Source: Penicillus capitatus (lineage: Eukaryota > Plantae > Chlorophyta). From it: a stretch of DNA of 64,000 nucleotides. The translations under genes were made by a program, and so were the position numbers. Within the stretch, counting starts at the first letter, position 1. Every line of letters starts with the position of its first letter. The notes beneath the pieces were generated by a model, which made no database searches, had not been told where the DNA came from, and was given only the letters and a program-made list of their open reading frames with translations. This document shows, piece after piece, positions 40,900-53,254 of the stretch. Location: the NCBI GenBank assembly GCA_965649825.1, contig OZ287698.1, forward strand, positions 75,849 to 139,848, written 5' to 3'.

Positions 40900-42290
40900 A
40901 GGAAAAGGTCTTCCTTTCTGCGTCTGTCAAATTCATGTGTCCACCACAATCACATCATCGCAGTTCCTAGAGTCACTAACCTATTACGGCATCTGTTTAA
41001 ACAGACGATCAGTTCTTGGACAAGGGATCGGAATTCTGTAGAGACCTTGACCATCATCCACTGACCACAGGCGGCATTGTCGTACAGATATGCCAATCCA
41101 CCATCGCGCACATGCGTCGTTTAATGTCGCCATCGCATGGCGGATGTCGTACAACACAGGATGCCAATTCGACAGGCAGGTGCCAGCGAACCGAGACGCG
41201 AGCACAGGTCAAAGCACTCATTTTGGCACGACGCTTAACGAGGCGCCGCCGTCGTAGAATTCTCTTTGCCTCGAGAGGGACGCAGCGCAGCAGTCCAATT
41301 CCTATTCTCTTCCGAGCGTCCAGCGACGAAGGGTTGGATTCGGATACCATGGAGTGGTCAGACCTGGCCTTCTCTGAGGAAGACAGAACGGTGAACACCC
41401 TCACCAGCGCCGAACGACCACAGCCGTCCGTCCTCGCCGACCGCGAACGCAGACGCAACTGTATCTATTGTCCGAGGGCGTGTGCTGTCTCATGCACGTG
41501 ACGATGTAGATCCGCGCAGTATCCGTGCGAACCGAGACGACTCATCTGCTCTACACGAACGCATTCGTAACAGTAACGCATCGAATTTGCAGAGCTCTGA
41601 GAATGATGGCTCGGCTGTTGGCTGGTCTGACAGATGTGGAACATCGAGTTGCTGATCGAGACGAGCCACTGCCCCTCCATGGCCACATCTTTGACTGTGA
41701 GGCATCGAGATTTATCGAGCGATGGATATGCCAACGCCAAACGTGTGCAGATATTCGTACGAGCCAACGGACACATGGACTGGATACAAATCCTTCACAT
41801 GTGCTTTCGAGGGAAAGTGAGAATCGATCGATCGAGAGTGAGAACAAGAGAAAAGTGTGACATTGCATCTAGGATCGATCGATGCCGAGCCGGATCTCTT
41901 CCCGTGTCCAGACATGTGGGAGATCGAGACGTTTCTGTCGAGGGGATCGAATGCCGTTCGAGCAGAAAGAAGAGACGCCTCTGCGCAACAACAGCGATCC
42001 GCAGGGGGCGATGTTCGACCCAGAGGTAAGCACAGGCTGCTGTTCAATTTCTATAAAGCAGTTGTGCAACCGAGGGCTGATAGGACGTCAGAGAAGAAGG
42101 AGCTTTGATGAGGATATGAGCCTCAACGCTATGCGTCATCATCTGCGACGATGCTTTGAGAGATCGGCCAGTTCTCGAGAAACGAACGGAGGACAGTCGT
42201 CGACAGATGGACATTCGGATCCGGTACGACTGCCCACGCTGCTTGCTCTCAGTAAAGAATAATGGGCAATGACTGAAGGGTGGTGGCAAT
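40900..42290 (-). CDS. Possible hypothetical multi-exon gene
   Basis: Several protein-like minus ORFs (e.g. 41465-41776 with C/H clusters) fill the gap between PCS and GID4. Exon structure not resolved. Confidence 0.25.
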
Positions 42291-42326
42291 CCTGTACCAG
42301 CTTACACAAGTCTCTTATCTCCTGGA

Positions 42327-42973
42327 ATGGAGTTCAAAGGATTTCAGCGATCTCCAAAACCGACGGGACATGACAGCAATGCCGGTTCTGTGGACGATTG
42401 GGTTGTGCGTGCTCAGATTCGGGTATCTGTTGCCATGGGATCGTGCGACCACGTATGCCTGCTGTCTAGAGGTATGATATTGAGAGTGGTTATATCTGTG
42501 GAACCATGGCTGCCTACGTTAAGAACGACGACCCCGTTGAGACGTTCTGGGAAGGAGAGATTATCGATAACAGAAATCATCATTTCATCACCGACAAATG
42601 GGATGCAGACATGCGTACAGACATCCGCTATTGGTCCAAGTTCCCTGCGTTTGAAGATCTCAAATGTTCTGTTCGATCGAGACCTCCATTGAAAGAGTAC
42701 CCATTCATTTTTATGAGATGGAAGGAAACATACTTCATGACAAAGACAGAACAGAGTACCCTGACCATTCAAGGATTCTATTACATTTGCATGTGCCGCC
42801 AAACGGGTGCGACAGAGATCGGTGAATTCTGGCTACTGTTGAGGATGGATGGTGTAGGTGAAGTCCTCGGCTTCTACTTTGACCCTGAGTGTCAACCTTT
42901 CCAAGAATTGGAATTGTTGCCAGACAAACGTGGTCGATCTGGCTTCTCCTTCTCCCATGCACAATTCGTATAG
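42327..42973 (+). CDS. GID4: GID4/Vid24 substrate receptor of the GID/CTLH E3 ligase
   Basis: TFWEGEIID, WDADMRTDIRYWSKF, IFMRWKE, LTIQGFYYIC and GFYFDPECQPFQELEL. Confidence 0.88.
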
Positions 42974-43082
42974 CACGAGACGACGACAGATGGCGAATCG
43001 TGCACTCGAAGACGGAATAACAGACTTCTCTGAATGTTGTAGTGTTGGACTACTCTCCTGCCATTTCATTTCCGTCCACGGT

Positions 43083-43790
43083 TTACATTTCCCCGCATTC
43101 AGTGATAAGACAAGGCAGTTTGGGTTTGTTGTTTGGACCGCATGGAACATTCTCAATTTTACGTACCACTAATAAACCGTCTCCCAAGACCCGACCAAAG
43201 ACCGTGTGCTTGTTGTCTAACCATGGACACTTGGCACATGTGATGAAAAACTAGAGATGACATTCTGCAGGATGGGAGAGAATAGACGGGATACGTACTT
43301 GACATCCATTGCTGTTGGGTCCACTGTTCGCCATCGAAAGCAGACCAGATCCAGTGTGCTTACAGCGAAAGGTCTCATCAGAAAATTTGGTGCCGTAAAT
43401 GCTCAGGCATCCCGTTCCATCTCCCTAGAGGCATTATTTCGGACACATACATCATAGGGGATGGATTTTGTTCACGTGGACAAAGTCGCCCGATTGGATC
43501 ATGAAATCTTTGATCACTCTGTGAAAGGAGCATCCCTTGTAACCCAATGGAATGTTGTTCTTTCTGAATTCTCCTGTGCAGAACTGCCGAAAATTCTCGA
43601 CGGTTTTGGGACAGATATCGGCCCAGAGCTCCATACGCATGCGGCCAGCAGGGATATCGCCAATGCTGACGTCTACGCCATCGTGTCCATACCGATGCGC
43701 ATGGCACCTTGTGTGACTCCTACCGAAGAAGACGACGGGATTGTCGGGATTCGGTGCGCGCACGTGCCACTGCACTTCTTCGTGCGTCAT
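43083..43790 (-). CDS. PPIH: Cyclophilin H (spliceosomal PPIase), multi-exon
   Basis: [64 protein letters not shown] and [12 protein letters not shown]. Confidence 0.92.
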
Positions 43791-43836
43791 ATTACACGAC
43801 AGACTGGACCAACAACGAAATGACGAATAAGACAGG

Positions 43837-45021
43837 TCACGTTCGACTCGCCGTACGGTAGACAAGGGGCTCCCCTTGACAGTAATGACGGGCAAATGTC
43901 TGCCCTAACGATGTCGGTTGGTAGAAGGCTAACTGATCCTTCGTAATGCAGTAGCCAAAAATGAAACACCGCCTGTATGCAGGTCGAGGACAGTGAAATC
44001 GAGCATCTCTTATTGAGTGAATGTACCGGGCCACATCGAGCAACGTCGAGGCAATACCTTGACGACGACATCTCTGTGCAACCCAGAGAAGAACCACGCC
44101 GCCATGAGCAACGCTCTCCTCAATCGCCTCCTCTCCCACTGACTGATCCATCTATCTATGTGTCCACCAAAGCATCTGGCAGAGTGGTATTTGGGAGCGT
44201 ACCAAGGGAGCGGCGGTGTCGATCTTTTCTATGAGGAGACATCCAACGATAGTACTCTTCTTTACGAACACGTAGATCTGCAGTCCCCGTCGTGTCATTG
44301 TATGTTAACAGCAGTGTGGGTCTGGGTACTTTCTGATGCTCTTTGAACAGATCCGTCAGTGAACATCCAAAATCGCGTTCCATCACAGCACAGAGATCTG
44401 CAACCTATCAACCATTCGTTCTTCTGTTCGAGATCCAGGATCGTTATCGGCCATACCGTTCGATTCCGTGATGGATGTATAACAGCTGAGCCCAGTTGCA
44501 TCACTCTTTCTCCTTGCTCTCTCTTCAGAAGCTGAATGTCGCGTTTACCCGCCTGACAACGAACGGGCACAGTTCAAAGGCATTCCGCCAGTTTATATGG
44601 GGACAAGACTTTGAATGGGACGGATTGAGTGATATAGGTATGATGAAATTTGCGATGCAGCTGTTCATCTTTCTCGCAACCAGGAGTAAATCGCATTCCG
44701 CATTCATGGCAGATTCGGGAACAGAATTCCCTCTGCAAGCCACATCGATCAGAAGGACACAGGACAGCGTTGTGCTGTTTACTTGGCCAAAGTCCAGGTA
44801 GAGCTGAACAAAACCACGTTTCTTCTTGTTGTTCTTCTTCGATGGATCATTCTCGATCGCATCGTCCTTGTCGCAGCAGACCCGATCGCGTTTCGATTCT
44901 GGAAGGCTGTAAGAACAAAACGTCGCGTCAGAGGGGGAAAGAGGAGAGATGTCTTTTTTGGATCAGAATAGAGTCAGGTGTACCGTTTCCGTGTTGCTCT
45001 GTATTTTCTTTCCTGCGACAT
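43837..45021 (-). CDS. ECO1: Cohesin acetyltransferase ECO1/ESCO, multi-exon; start approximate
   Basis: QLYLDFGQ, zinc finger [45 protein letters not shown] and [14 protein letters not shown]. Confidence 0.88.
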
Positions 45022-45706
45022 CTCGGGATCGTTGTTGGATTGCTTGGTGAATAGCTTTGCCGCGACGTGAAGGTGCTGCGTCGCGGGGGACGTCACATCA
45101 ATGAGGCATACCGTAGTAAAGCTTCGCAACAAATCCGCACGCGTCGATTAGAAACTGAGGATACGACACCAACGAAATGAAATCCCGATCAACGACTTAG
45201 ACATGCGCTATGTCATGGAGGAGCCTTAAGATTGCCGACGGTTCTCATAATCCTGGCGCTTAGCTCTCATCTATTCGTCTAAAGAATACATCTCTAGCAA
45301 TACTGTCCGTCGTCTGTCCTTCAAAAATACTCTCAGCTGCAAAGACGGATGCAGAGGGAACAAGTCAGGGGATGATTGGTAGGCGACAACCGTCGAAGAC
45401 TAACGGCGACAAACAGATGATACAATGCTTTCGCTTTGTGGGTGTCCTCGGAGCATTGAAAGTGAATCGTCACGATTGTATGCTTAAGTACATTGACCTC
45501 GTGACGAACACCTATTCTTGTCATTTCGTTCACGCGCGAATTATCTCTTCAGGAAGACACTGACAACGACTCGACTCTCGAGGTACGTCGCACCGACGAC
45601 GACTCGATACGCAGTCGGAAAACGCACATGTAGGTGGTGACGTTGACGTTGTAGGTGTAGACAGTTTTTCGTTTTGGACCTGTTGACACAAGTTGAAAGT
45701 CACAAG

Positions 45707-46765
45707 ATGTCAAGAAAGGACACAGTACTGCTCTTCTTGTTTGTGTTGACCTCTTCAAGCACAGTTTTCGGAGACCGACTGCTTGATATTTCATTGCTGA
45801 CTTGGGGTGAATTGCAAACTCAAGCTGGGTACTTTACCAAAAGTGGTCGATGGAAAGGGGGTCTGCCTAAGAAAGTGCGTAAGGAGGCGGAACTGTTTGG
45901 TTCTTGCGAAGAAAGACAAGTCAATGGCACGTTCTGCCAATCGTGGACGTCTGAGGAAGAGCGCAAGGACAGCTATGGTAAAGGAAACTGCAAGTGTAGC
46001 AAGAACACGGGCGCATACTGCCAAGAATGGACGTGCCTTAGAGAACACACCAAGAGAACGTGCGAAAAGCGATACAAGAAGCGCTGCATTGCCACGCCGA
46101 AGGAAATGCATGTCCAGAGCTGTATCTGTCTCGAAGCCGCTGACAGTGGAGCATACTGCGTGAAGTGGAAGTGCAGTGAAGAGAGAAGACGTCGCCGGTA
46201 TAAGGACGGCGTGTTCACCTGCCGTGCGTCTGATGCATCTATGGAGTTCTGTCATCTCTGGAACGGCGATTTTGAATCGGATAAGGAAGTTGAGTCTATC
46301 GCCTGTGAATGCACTGATAGTGGCGATGGGTACTGTGACTACTGGCAGTGTCAGGCGAGGACACTACTTCGCTGCTCCAAGCACAAAGGAGGCTGGTGTC
46401 GTTTGGGAGTCTCTTTGGGTGTGTTCGGTTCACTCGGATTGCTTTTCCTGTCTGGGGGTATGGCGATTATTTTCGATGACGTTTTAAAGGGGAAGACAGC
46501 AGCGTGGAATCGCGGAAAGATACTGGCCATCTACGTCTGCTTTCTGGTGCTTCCGTGGGGAATTGGAGTAGCAATAGCGGGCGGCATTGACGGAATCGCA
46601 TGGGTGACGCTTATGTGGAGCATCCCATTTCTGATACTGGCATTTGTATTGTTTCAATCAAAGCGGGGTAAGGCTGCGGAACCATCATCGATGTTGGCCC
46701 CTTTGCAAGAGCCGCCTCAGATTCCTGCTTATCTGTTTGATGGGAAGACATATGCAGCATCTTGA
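45707..46765 (+). CDS. Cys-rich surface protein copy A (signal peptide, 20-Cys ectodomain, 3 TM), intronless
   Basis: Open 352-aa frame with hydrophobic N-terminus, WGELQTQAGYFTKSGRWKGGLP, three CxC..YCxxWxC modules, RCSKHKGGWC and three TM helices. Confidence 0.85.
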   Translation: MSRKDTVLLFLFVLTSSSTVFGDRLLDISLLTWGELQTQAGYFTKSGRWKGGLPKKVRKEAELFGSCEERQVNGTFCQSWTSEEERKDSYGKGNCKCSKNTGAYCQEWTCLREHTKRTCEKRYKKRCIATPKEMHVQSCICLEAADSGAYCVKWKCSEERRRRRYKDGVFTCRASDASMEFCHLWNGDFESDKEVESIACECTDSGDGYCDYWQCQARTLLRCSKHKGGWCRLGVSLGVFGSLGLLFLSGGMAIIFDDVLKGKTAAWNRGKILAIYVCFLVLPWGIGVAIAGGIDGIAWVTLMWSIPFLILAFVLFQSKRGKAAEPSSMLAPLQEPPQIPAYLFDGKTYAAS

Positions 46766-46889
46766 GGACTTGATTTTTCGCGTCTTAGCCTAGTCGACCT
46801 ATCTATTCTTTACAACTTTTAACGCGGACTCGGTCACCACTTTTTGCGTTGTTGAATTTCGAGAAGCCTTCAAGTACAACGATCAGTCT

Positions 46890-47950
46890 ACTCGAGACTT
46901 TCCCTATGCAAAATTCGGATAAAGAAGGGGCCGGCGAATGCACCCTGTATTGTCACATTCAACTGCGTCGCTGACTGACAGAGTGCTGTGACTAACCGAC
47001 TCTTAGATTCATAAAGAACAACAAGAGTCGAGTGCTTGATAAATCCGATATCCGCGTGAAATAACATTTTATTGTATCCGCGATGTAGATTGGAGAACAG
47101 TTTCTTACACACGTAGTATCGAAGTTTGTAAGTAAAAAGGAAGTCAGCAATAGATTTATTTCTTAGCTTTCAAGCGCGTTCTTTGGCTATTCAATCTGGA
47201 CTGGATGTGTGGGAACAATGACCGCCTTTGATACGAAGGAAGATACATAAAGAATCCTCTGAGCAAGAAGATAAAATATGTTCTTTCGGAGCATTCATTA
47301 TCTCTCCTTTGGCAAAGAGATGTTCGGATCACCTTTCTGCTTGAGGAATTTAGCGGACCAAGCTCTCATTAATAACTCTATAAACCAGACCATAAACGAT
47401 TCTTGATAATCCAAATGAAACACATGTGCCAGTGCGGTAATCACATTCTATGTCGGAGATCCTCACGTCGCGTTCGAACCGAAAAGGTAACAGACCTTCG
47501 TCTTTGAACGGTGTCAGAAGTTGTCCAAAAATTACAACAAACCATCCATCCATTAACCAAGAACGCGTCATACATGTATCAAAGACAGATCAACCTTTTC
47601 CACGCATCATTGAAGTAACAAAGATTGACACGGGAAATTATGATTTGAACAAAATAGAGAACCTGAGTGAATCGTTTGCCGACAAAGAAGAGAGGGTCGC
47701 CCGTCAGAAGCACTCACACAACATATACGAAGATGGAAACAAACATCCGTGCCTCTGCCAGGAAAGAGGGAGTGTTGTGGCTGCTGTGGGCGATACAGAA
47801 AACAACACCAATCGCCGTTGCTTTACTTGGACTCTCCAGAGTCAGGCTATGGTAACGCCTCCGAAGAAATTAAACATAGCTGTGCAGTCGATGCTGCTCA
47901 GCACTCTCGCATCGTGGCCATTATGAGAAGTGGAAAACTCACCTGGGAGA
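46890..47950 (-). pseudogene. Decayed multi-pass membrane protein gene (family uncertain)
   Basis: Hydrophobic peptide segments broken by stops: GVVFCIAH..MFVSIFVYVV*, VLYFVQIII..YFNDAWKRLICL*, FVVIFGQLLTPFKDEG and STLVVLY..LVTALC. Region is AT-richer than its flanks. Confidence 0.3.
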
Positions 47951-48603
47951 CAAGCACTGAATGGAGGAGGTTACTTGGTTCGGATTGATGGATTCATTTC
48001 TGGTTGTCATCCACATTGCTTCCGGATAACACTGGCCATAGCCTTTTCAGCTGAAGCTCGATAAGCGTGCTACAGACATGCGTGGCTTTCAATATGTTAA
48101 TGGCTACAGAAGACCAGCATCACTCGTGAGTGGCATCCGAACACTAAGAACTCGTCCTAGTGTGGAAAACAGACATTAGTAGACGTGTCGATCCAGTACA
48201 CAGATAACGAGCGCCTAGCCCACGTCATATGCGTCCATGACAAAACAGCTCAAGACGAATGAACTCGGACGTCGGCAATCTTTTCAAATCGAGTTCATGA
48301 GATGAAATTGAAAATCTCCGTGCTGACGTGCGCGATTCAAGATAAGTTCGTATGCCGTGGAGTGAAGCGCACCAGACATAACACTTACATGATATTACGA
48401 GTCTCGGATAATCACACTTTTTTATGTGTGAAGTGTGAAGTTCTCACTCGAGTCTGACAAAGCATAACAAAAGACACAATATGCATGCATATATATGTGC
48501 ACATTCCGAACGTATTGTTGTGTCGACAACGATAAAGAGCCTCTTACGCCAACGTTTGAATAACATAGCGGTTCTTGAGTTGACGGTGCTCTTCTGGTGA
48601 AGA

Positions 48604-49755
48604 ATGTTCCTTTTCCTGATGCATGATTCTCTCGGTGTTCTTACGGAACCTTCACTAAACGAAGCTCGACTGCGCGGTAAAGAGCCGCCAACGCACGTCA
48701 GCTTCGTGACAACTGTCATGGCCTCTATACTCTTCGCAATGATACACGTCCAAGCGAGAGAAGTCACTGGAAGCAGCTGGAGTGAGCTGGAAAAGAGAGG
48801 AGGGTATTACACGGAAGAAGGCACATGGCGCGGGGGATTTCCATGGATGGCTCACAGAGCCGAGAAAACTTTGGAAGTCTGTTCCGATAGGCGTCGTTCA
48901 GCCAATGGCACTTTTTGCCAATCATGGGAGATTGAGAGAGGTCGCGAATGGGCATCCAAAATTGGGTTCTGTCACTGCTCACGTCACATCGACGCATACT
49001 GTGACAGCTGGCGCTGTTCCTTTTCTTCTGAAAACAGCAATGGGTTCTGTCAGTCATTGCGAACACATCACTGCCTTCAGTTGTTGAACGAAGAAAAGGT
49101 CAAAAGCTGTGACTGTATGGAAGCTGCAGAGAATGGGATGCACTGTCAGCGTTGGAGATGTCTCACGAATGACGCTTCTGGTGGCAACCCAGAGGAAGGA
49201 CAATATCACTGCCTCAGTTCAAACTCTTTAAATACGTCCTGTCAGAAATGGGTGGGAGAATGGAACTCAGAGAAGGAAGTGCAATCGGATGTCTGTGAAT
49301 GCGAGCAGGAAGGAGATGGTCATTGCCACGCATACTGGTGCAAGACAAAATCGATGATCCGATGCTCTGAGCAATGGGGAGGATGGTGCCACTTGGAGAT
49401 TTCTATCGGCCTTTACGGGACACTCGGATGTTTCTTTTTGCTCATAGGGATGATGATGCATTGGACACATTGTGCTAATCGTCACGCCAATGTCACACGC
49501 GCAATTGTGGTGTGTTCATTGATCGTCATTCTTGTTATACTTTTGTTCGCTGTGGCCCTTACTGGGGGTGAGTATGGTCTGAGCTGGGTAGCTTTGATGT
49601 GGTTTGTATGTTTTCTTGTCTTGGTGTCGGTCAGAATGCTTTTGAAAGCGCAGCGGGTCAGGAGTTCATCTCTTATGCAGGATCCGAATGCACTACTGCC
49701 GCCTGACGAATACGGAATCCATCCCTACCTCTTCAACGGCAGGTTTTACCCTTAA
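48604..49755 (+). CDS. Cys-rich surface protein copy B, intronless
   Basis: Same 20-Cys pattern, WSELEKRGGYYTEEGTWRGGFP, RCSEQWGGWC, 3 TM and tail HPYLFNGRFYP. Confidence 0.85.
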   Translation: MFLFLMHDSLGVLTEPSLNEARLRGKEPPTHVSFVTTVMASILFAMIHVQAREVTGSSWSELEKRGGYYTEEGTWRGGFPWMAHRAEKTLEVCSDRRRSANGTFCQSWEIERGREWASKIGFCHCSRHIDAYCDSWRCSFSSENSNGFCQSLRTHHCLQLLNEEKVKSCDCMEAAENGMHCQRWRCLTNDASGGNPEEGQYHCLSSNSLNTSCQKWVGEWNSEKEVQSDVCECEQEGDGHCHAYWCKTKSMIRCSEQWGGWCHLEISIGLYGTLGCFFLLIGMMMHWTHCANRHANVTRAIVVCSLIVILVILLFAVALTGGEYGLSWVALMWFVCFLVLVSVRMLLKAQRVRSSSLMQDPNALLPPDEYGIHPYLFNGRFYP

Positions 49756-50162
49756 TTCGAGGCAACCCATCAGATTTCTGTTTTGCTGTTTTTGTCGCCC
49801 TATATAAGTATGTCGAGTAGCGCAGGAGCACGTGAGCGTATGGCCCTGATTTTTGCGGATGAAAACGGAGGGGACCGTAACATTCAATAAGCGTATCATC
49901 TCTGTTTTGCTGTTGTCAGCTGTTTCTTTTTTGCGCGGAAAGACAGTACAGTGAGAATCAATGAAAAAAATCGTACGAACGGGAAGTGGAGCGGAAAGTC
50001 TGACGTGTGAATTGGCATTGCTTAGATGTCTTGTTATATTTAAATTGAAAAGTCAGACGTACGTATTCTCCTCTAAACAAAACGATCACGCCCGTTGCGC
50101 ACACCGTTATCTGCAGATTCGCCCTGACTGTACCGTGATTTCTTCCCCGTTCTCCGCCGAAA

Positions 50163-51443
50163 ATGACACAACGCTCAAGCAGACGAACATTTACCAACAC
50201 AATGGTATTGCCTCAGGGCATCGGCACATGGCTGATGGCGACAGCCATGCTTCTTGGCGTGGCGAATGTCCAAGGCCTCGACATCTCACAGCACGGCTGG
50301 AGTTTTCTAGAGAAGCGAGCAGGATACTACACTGAGGACGGATACTGGAAAGGAGGATTTCCGAAGAGCGAACACAAGAAGGGACAGGTGTTTCACAGCT
50401 GCTCAGAGGTGCACAGCAGCGGCAACTTCTGTCAAAAGTGGAGAAGAGAAGGAGAAAGTGCCGAATCAACCAGACAAGGAACGTGTGACTGCGAGGATCA
50501 TACAGAGTTCTACTGCAAAGAATGGAACTGCATCGGAAAGCAAACGGAGACGCGCTGCCAGCCAGAATACGGAAAGATCTGCCGATTCCCACGAACGTCC
50601 CAAGGCGTCCAAAACTGCACATGTCTGACGCCTTCCGACAACCAGAAATACTGTTCCAGTTGGGCGTGTACGTTGGATATGGTCCGCAAACGTGCTGTAC
50701 AGGGAGAATACTTGTGTCTCGAAGGGAGTTCCCAGACAGAGTACTGTCAGCAGTGGATTGGTCACATCTCATCTGACAGAGAAGAGTTCTCTATCCTTTG
50801 CAAATGTGAAGGAAAGGACGATAAGTATTGCCGATACGGGAACTGTGAGACGAGAACGCTTCTTCGGTGCAATAAACACAAGGGAGGCTGGTGCAATCTG
50901 TGGTTGTCCATCTTCGTTTTTGGCGGCTTTGGACTCGTTTTCTTGGTTTCGGGAATATTGATTGTTTTTTCCGACTCGTTTGTCAATCCCGGCAAAACGT
51001 CGAACCTCATAATGATCCTTCTATTATACATTTGCCTCTTCGTTCTTCCGTGGGGAATTGGAGTGGCGAGTTCGGGAGGTCTTAAAGGCCTTGGCTACGT
51101 GGCAGTGCTCTGGTCGGGTTCTGCCGTTCTAACCGCCGTTTTCCTTCGATGCCAGAAACTCGAGTGGCAGCTACCCGGATGTGGAGATTTTCTTCGGTGG
51201 ATAAAAATACGGCCAAGTACCCTTCCCGGTTACGAGAGAGAAAGAGATACAATGTCACAAGAACAAGCACCATTGTTGGCAGACGAGAGGAGAAAGCCGT
51301 CGGGGCATACAGGACCTGAAACATCGACGGGCACTGAAGAACCGAGTCAAACGTGGACGCAACCCGCTCCAGCAATCCATGAGCGCAATCCGGATACAGG
51401 GGAACGCCTGCCGGATTCAAATTTGCCAAGCATTCATTCTTAA
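50163..51443 (+). CDS. Cys-rich surface protein copy C, intronless (start may be ATG ~50202)
   Basis: Same 20-Cys pattern, WSFLEKRAGYYTEDGYWKGGFP, RCNKHKGGWC, 3 TM and a long polar tail. Confidence 0.85.
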   Translation: MTQRSSRRTFTNTMVLPQGIGTWLMATAMLLGVANVQGLDISQHGWSFLEKRAGYYTEDGYWKGGFPKSEHKKGQVFHSCSEVHSSGNFCQKWRREGESAESTRQGTCDCEDHTEFYCKEWNCIGKQTETRCQPEYGKICRFPRTSQGVQNCTCLTPSDNQKYCSSWACTLDMVRKRAVQGEYLCLEGSSQTEYCQQWIGHISSDREEFSILCKCEGKDDKYCRYGNCETRTLLRCNKHKGGWCNLWLSIFVFGGFGLVFLVSGILIVFSDSFVNPGKTSNLIMILLLYICLFVLPWGIGVASSGGLKGLGYVAVLWSGSAVLTAVFLRCQKLEWQLPGCGDFLRWIKIRPSTLPGYERERDTMSQEQAPLLADERRKPSGHTGPETSTGTEEPSQTWTQPAPAIHERNPDTGERLPDSNLPSIHS

Positions 51444-51889
51444 AGAGATGAATTCTCTGTTCGTGTTACTAGAAGGAGAATTGCCAACACGAGAAGCTGA
51501 GGATTCATGTAAAGCTGGAAAACATCTGCCAATCAGCGACAGATCCGCCTTTGTTGGAGTACCCTTTCTCAGTTTTTAAGAGACATCCCAAGACGTAGAG
51601 AAAAGAAGATTCGAAGCGGTAGAGACAGACCTCGTTGCGTGTTTTAAGTGGTCTTCGTCAGGCACTGGAGGTCGTTCTCTCGTTCAGGATGAGGAGGGTG
51701 GATCGTTAGACATCTCCTGTTTATTAATCCGCCGTAGAAATGTCTAGCAGGAGGAGACTCGTTCGAGAGTCTCTGTGTCTTTCTTCTCTTCAGAGATGGG
51801 ATAGAGAAAATGAAACGTGTGATGTTCGTCGTTTTTTGTTTGATTCGAGGAGTATGCTTCTCCTGTTGCCCTTAAAACAAACGGTCAAT

Positions 51890-52170
51890 TTAGGAACACT
51901 GACTTTTCAATCCTCCGCGCATAATCGCCACGTTGCAGCTCGAATTCGAAGTCTGCTCGCTACACCTGACGGTGCAGTATGCGACAATTCACCGATCCCC
52001 TAAAGAGCACAGCAGTCAGTCACAGTTCCAGACCCTCTTACACATCTCGGACTTGCGTCTGTGAGATGAGCATCGATTTGCCTGTGCGCTACCTCAACTC
52101 ATTGATTCAGAGTTGTCGAAGCATTGACACTGTGATCGGAGATTTGTCGACCGAGATGAATGACAAAGGT
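51890..52170 (+). repeat. Copy 1 of a ~270-nt duplicated block (5' region of decayed copy E)
   Basis: Aligns to ~54910-55175 and includes the identical run tctcggacttgcgtctgtgagatgagcatcgatttgcctgtgcgctacctcaa. Confidence 0.9.
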
Positions 52171-52800
52171 ACGTGTTAATTAATGTCCGACTGAGAGTGT
52201 GGTCAGGAGGGGGTCTGTTCATACGAACCGGCTCTAGAGAATCCAATCTGCACGATGTTTACAGGGAGAAGCGCGCCAACATCAGTCTCTGTCGATCGTA
52301 GCGTAGACGTCGCACGAATAGAGCGTCGACGTCTCCGGCGGAAGGGAGTGCAAGTGTGCGAACAAGAGGCTGGCTGCATTACCTGAGTCGAGAGTGCAGC
52401 GAGAGCAATAGTGGCAGATCGAAGACCTGTGTTCTTTTGTCTTGGAACTGACGCATCCGCAGCAGTAAATTTGTATCGGACAGGGAAGTTGAGTCCATTT
52501 ATCGCCTGCCGAGTGTAACCACAGCGGCGAGGGATGCTGCAGCCACCTACAGTGTCAGCATGCAAGGACGCTGATTCAGTACTCCAAGCATAGAACAAAC
52601 TGGTGTCGTCGGGGAGTCTCTTTGGGTGTCTTCGGCTCGCTCGGATTGCTCTTCTTGTTCGAGGAATGGCGATGATAATTCTCAGAAACGTCTTCAAGGG
52701 GAAGACAGCGGCGTGTTACCGCTGAAGGATCTTGGCCATCTATCTACGTCTGCTAACGAGCACATGAACGATATCGAAGGAATGGTGCTTATCTAATGCC
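52066..52800 (+). pseudogene. Decayed Cys-rich surface protein copy E (closest to copy A)
   Basis: Nucleotide match to copy A (e.g. ggaagttgagtc, ctccaagca, tggtgtcgt, ggagtctctttgggtgt, aaggggaagacagc). TAG at 52299-52301 replaces the Trp of FCxxW. Several frameshifts and an internal deletion. Confidence 0.8.
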
Positions 52801-53254
52801 TCCCTGAAATGGGATGGAGCTTGTGCCCTTCGAGACGTAGACAACCGGTCTTATCATAATCGTCACCGCTGTCATAGAGTCATTGACAATTCCCACTGGG
52901 CCTCAGCTGAGAATCGTGCGTAATCGCCCTGACTCTCATTCTCTCGAGCGTCCTTTTTGCATCAGAACAGTCGTCAAGAGAAAGAAGGTTCTGACGCTGT
53001 GCCGAAAGACACTGGACCCTTGTTCTGTGGAAGCAGTGCAGCATTCTTCTCTCAGTGCACATGGAGCTGTGTGGAATAAAGTCGTGCTGCCTGTCGCACA
53101 ACGATCGCAACCAGGTTTAATGATTCGCCAATGGGCAAATCCCACCCCGACGTCATTCATTTCTGTTCTCACTCGAGGTCAATGACCTCGCCGAATCGCG
53201 AAAGAACGTCCGACGTGTCTCTGAAAAGACACTTCTTATATAGTCGCTGAGTCG

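Noticed and set aside
52203-52697. 164-aa minus ORF (and the similar 55227-55478 ORF)
   Set aside because: These are antisense shadows of pseudogenes E and F. Nucleotide homology to copy A is on the + strand.
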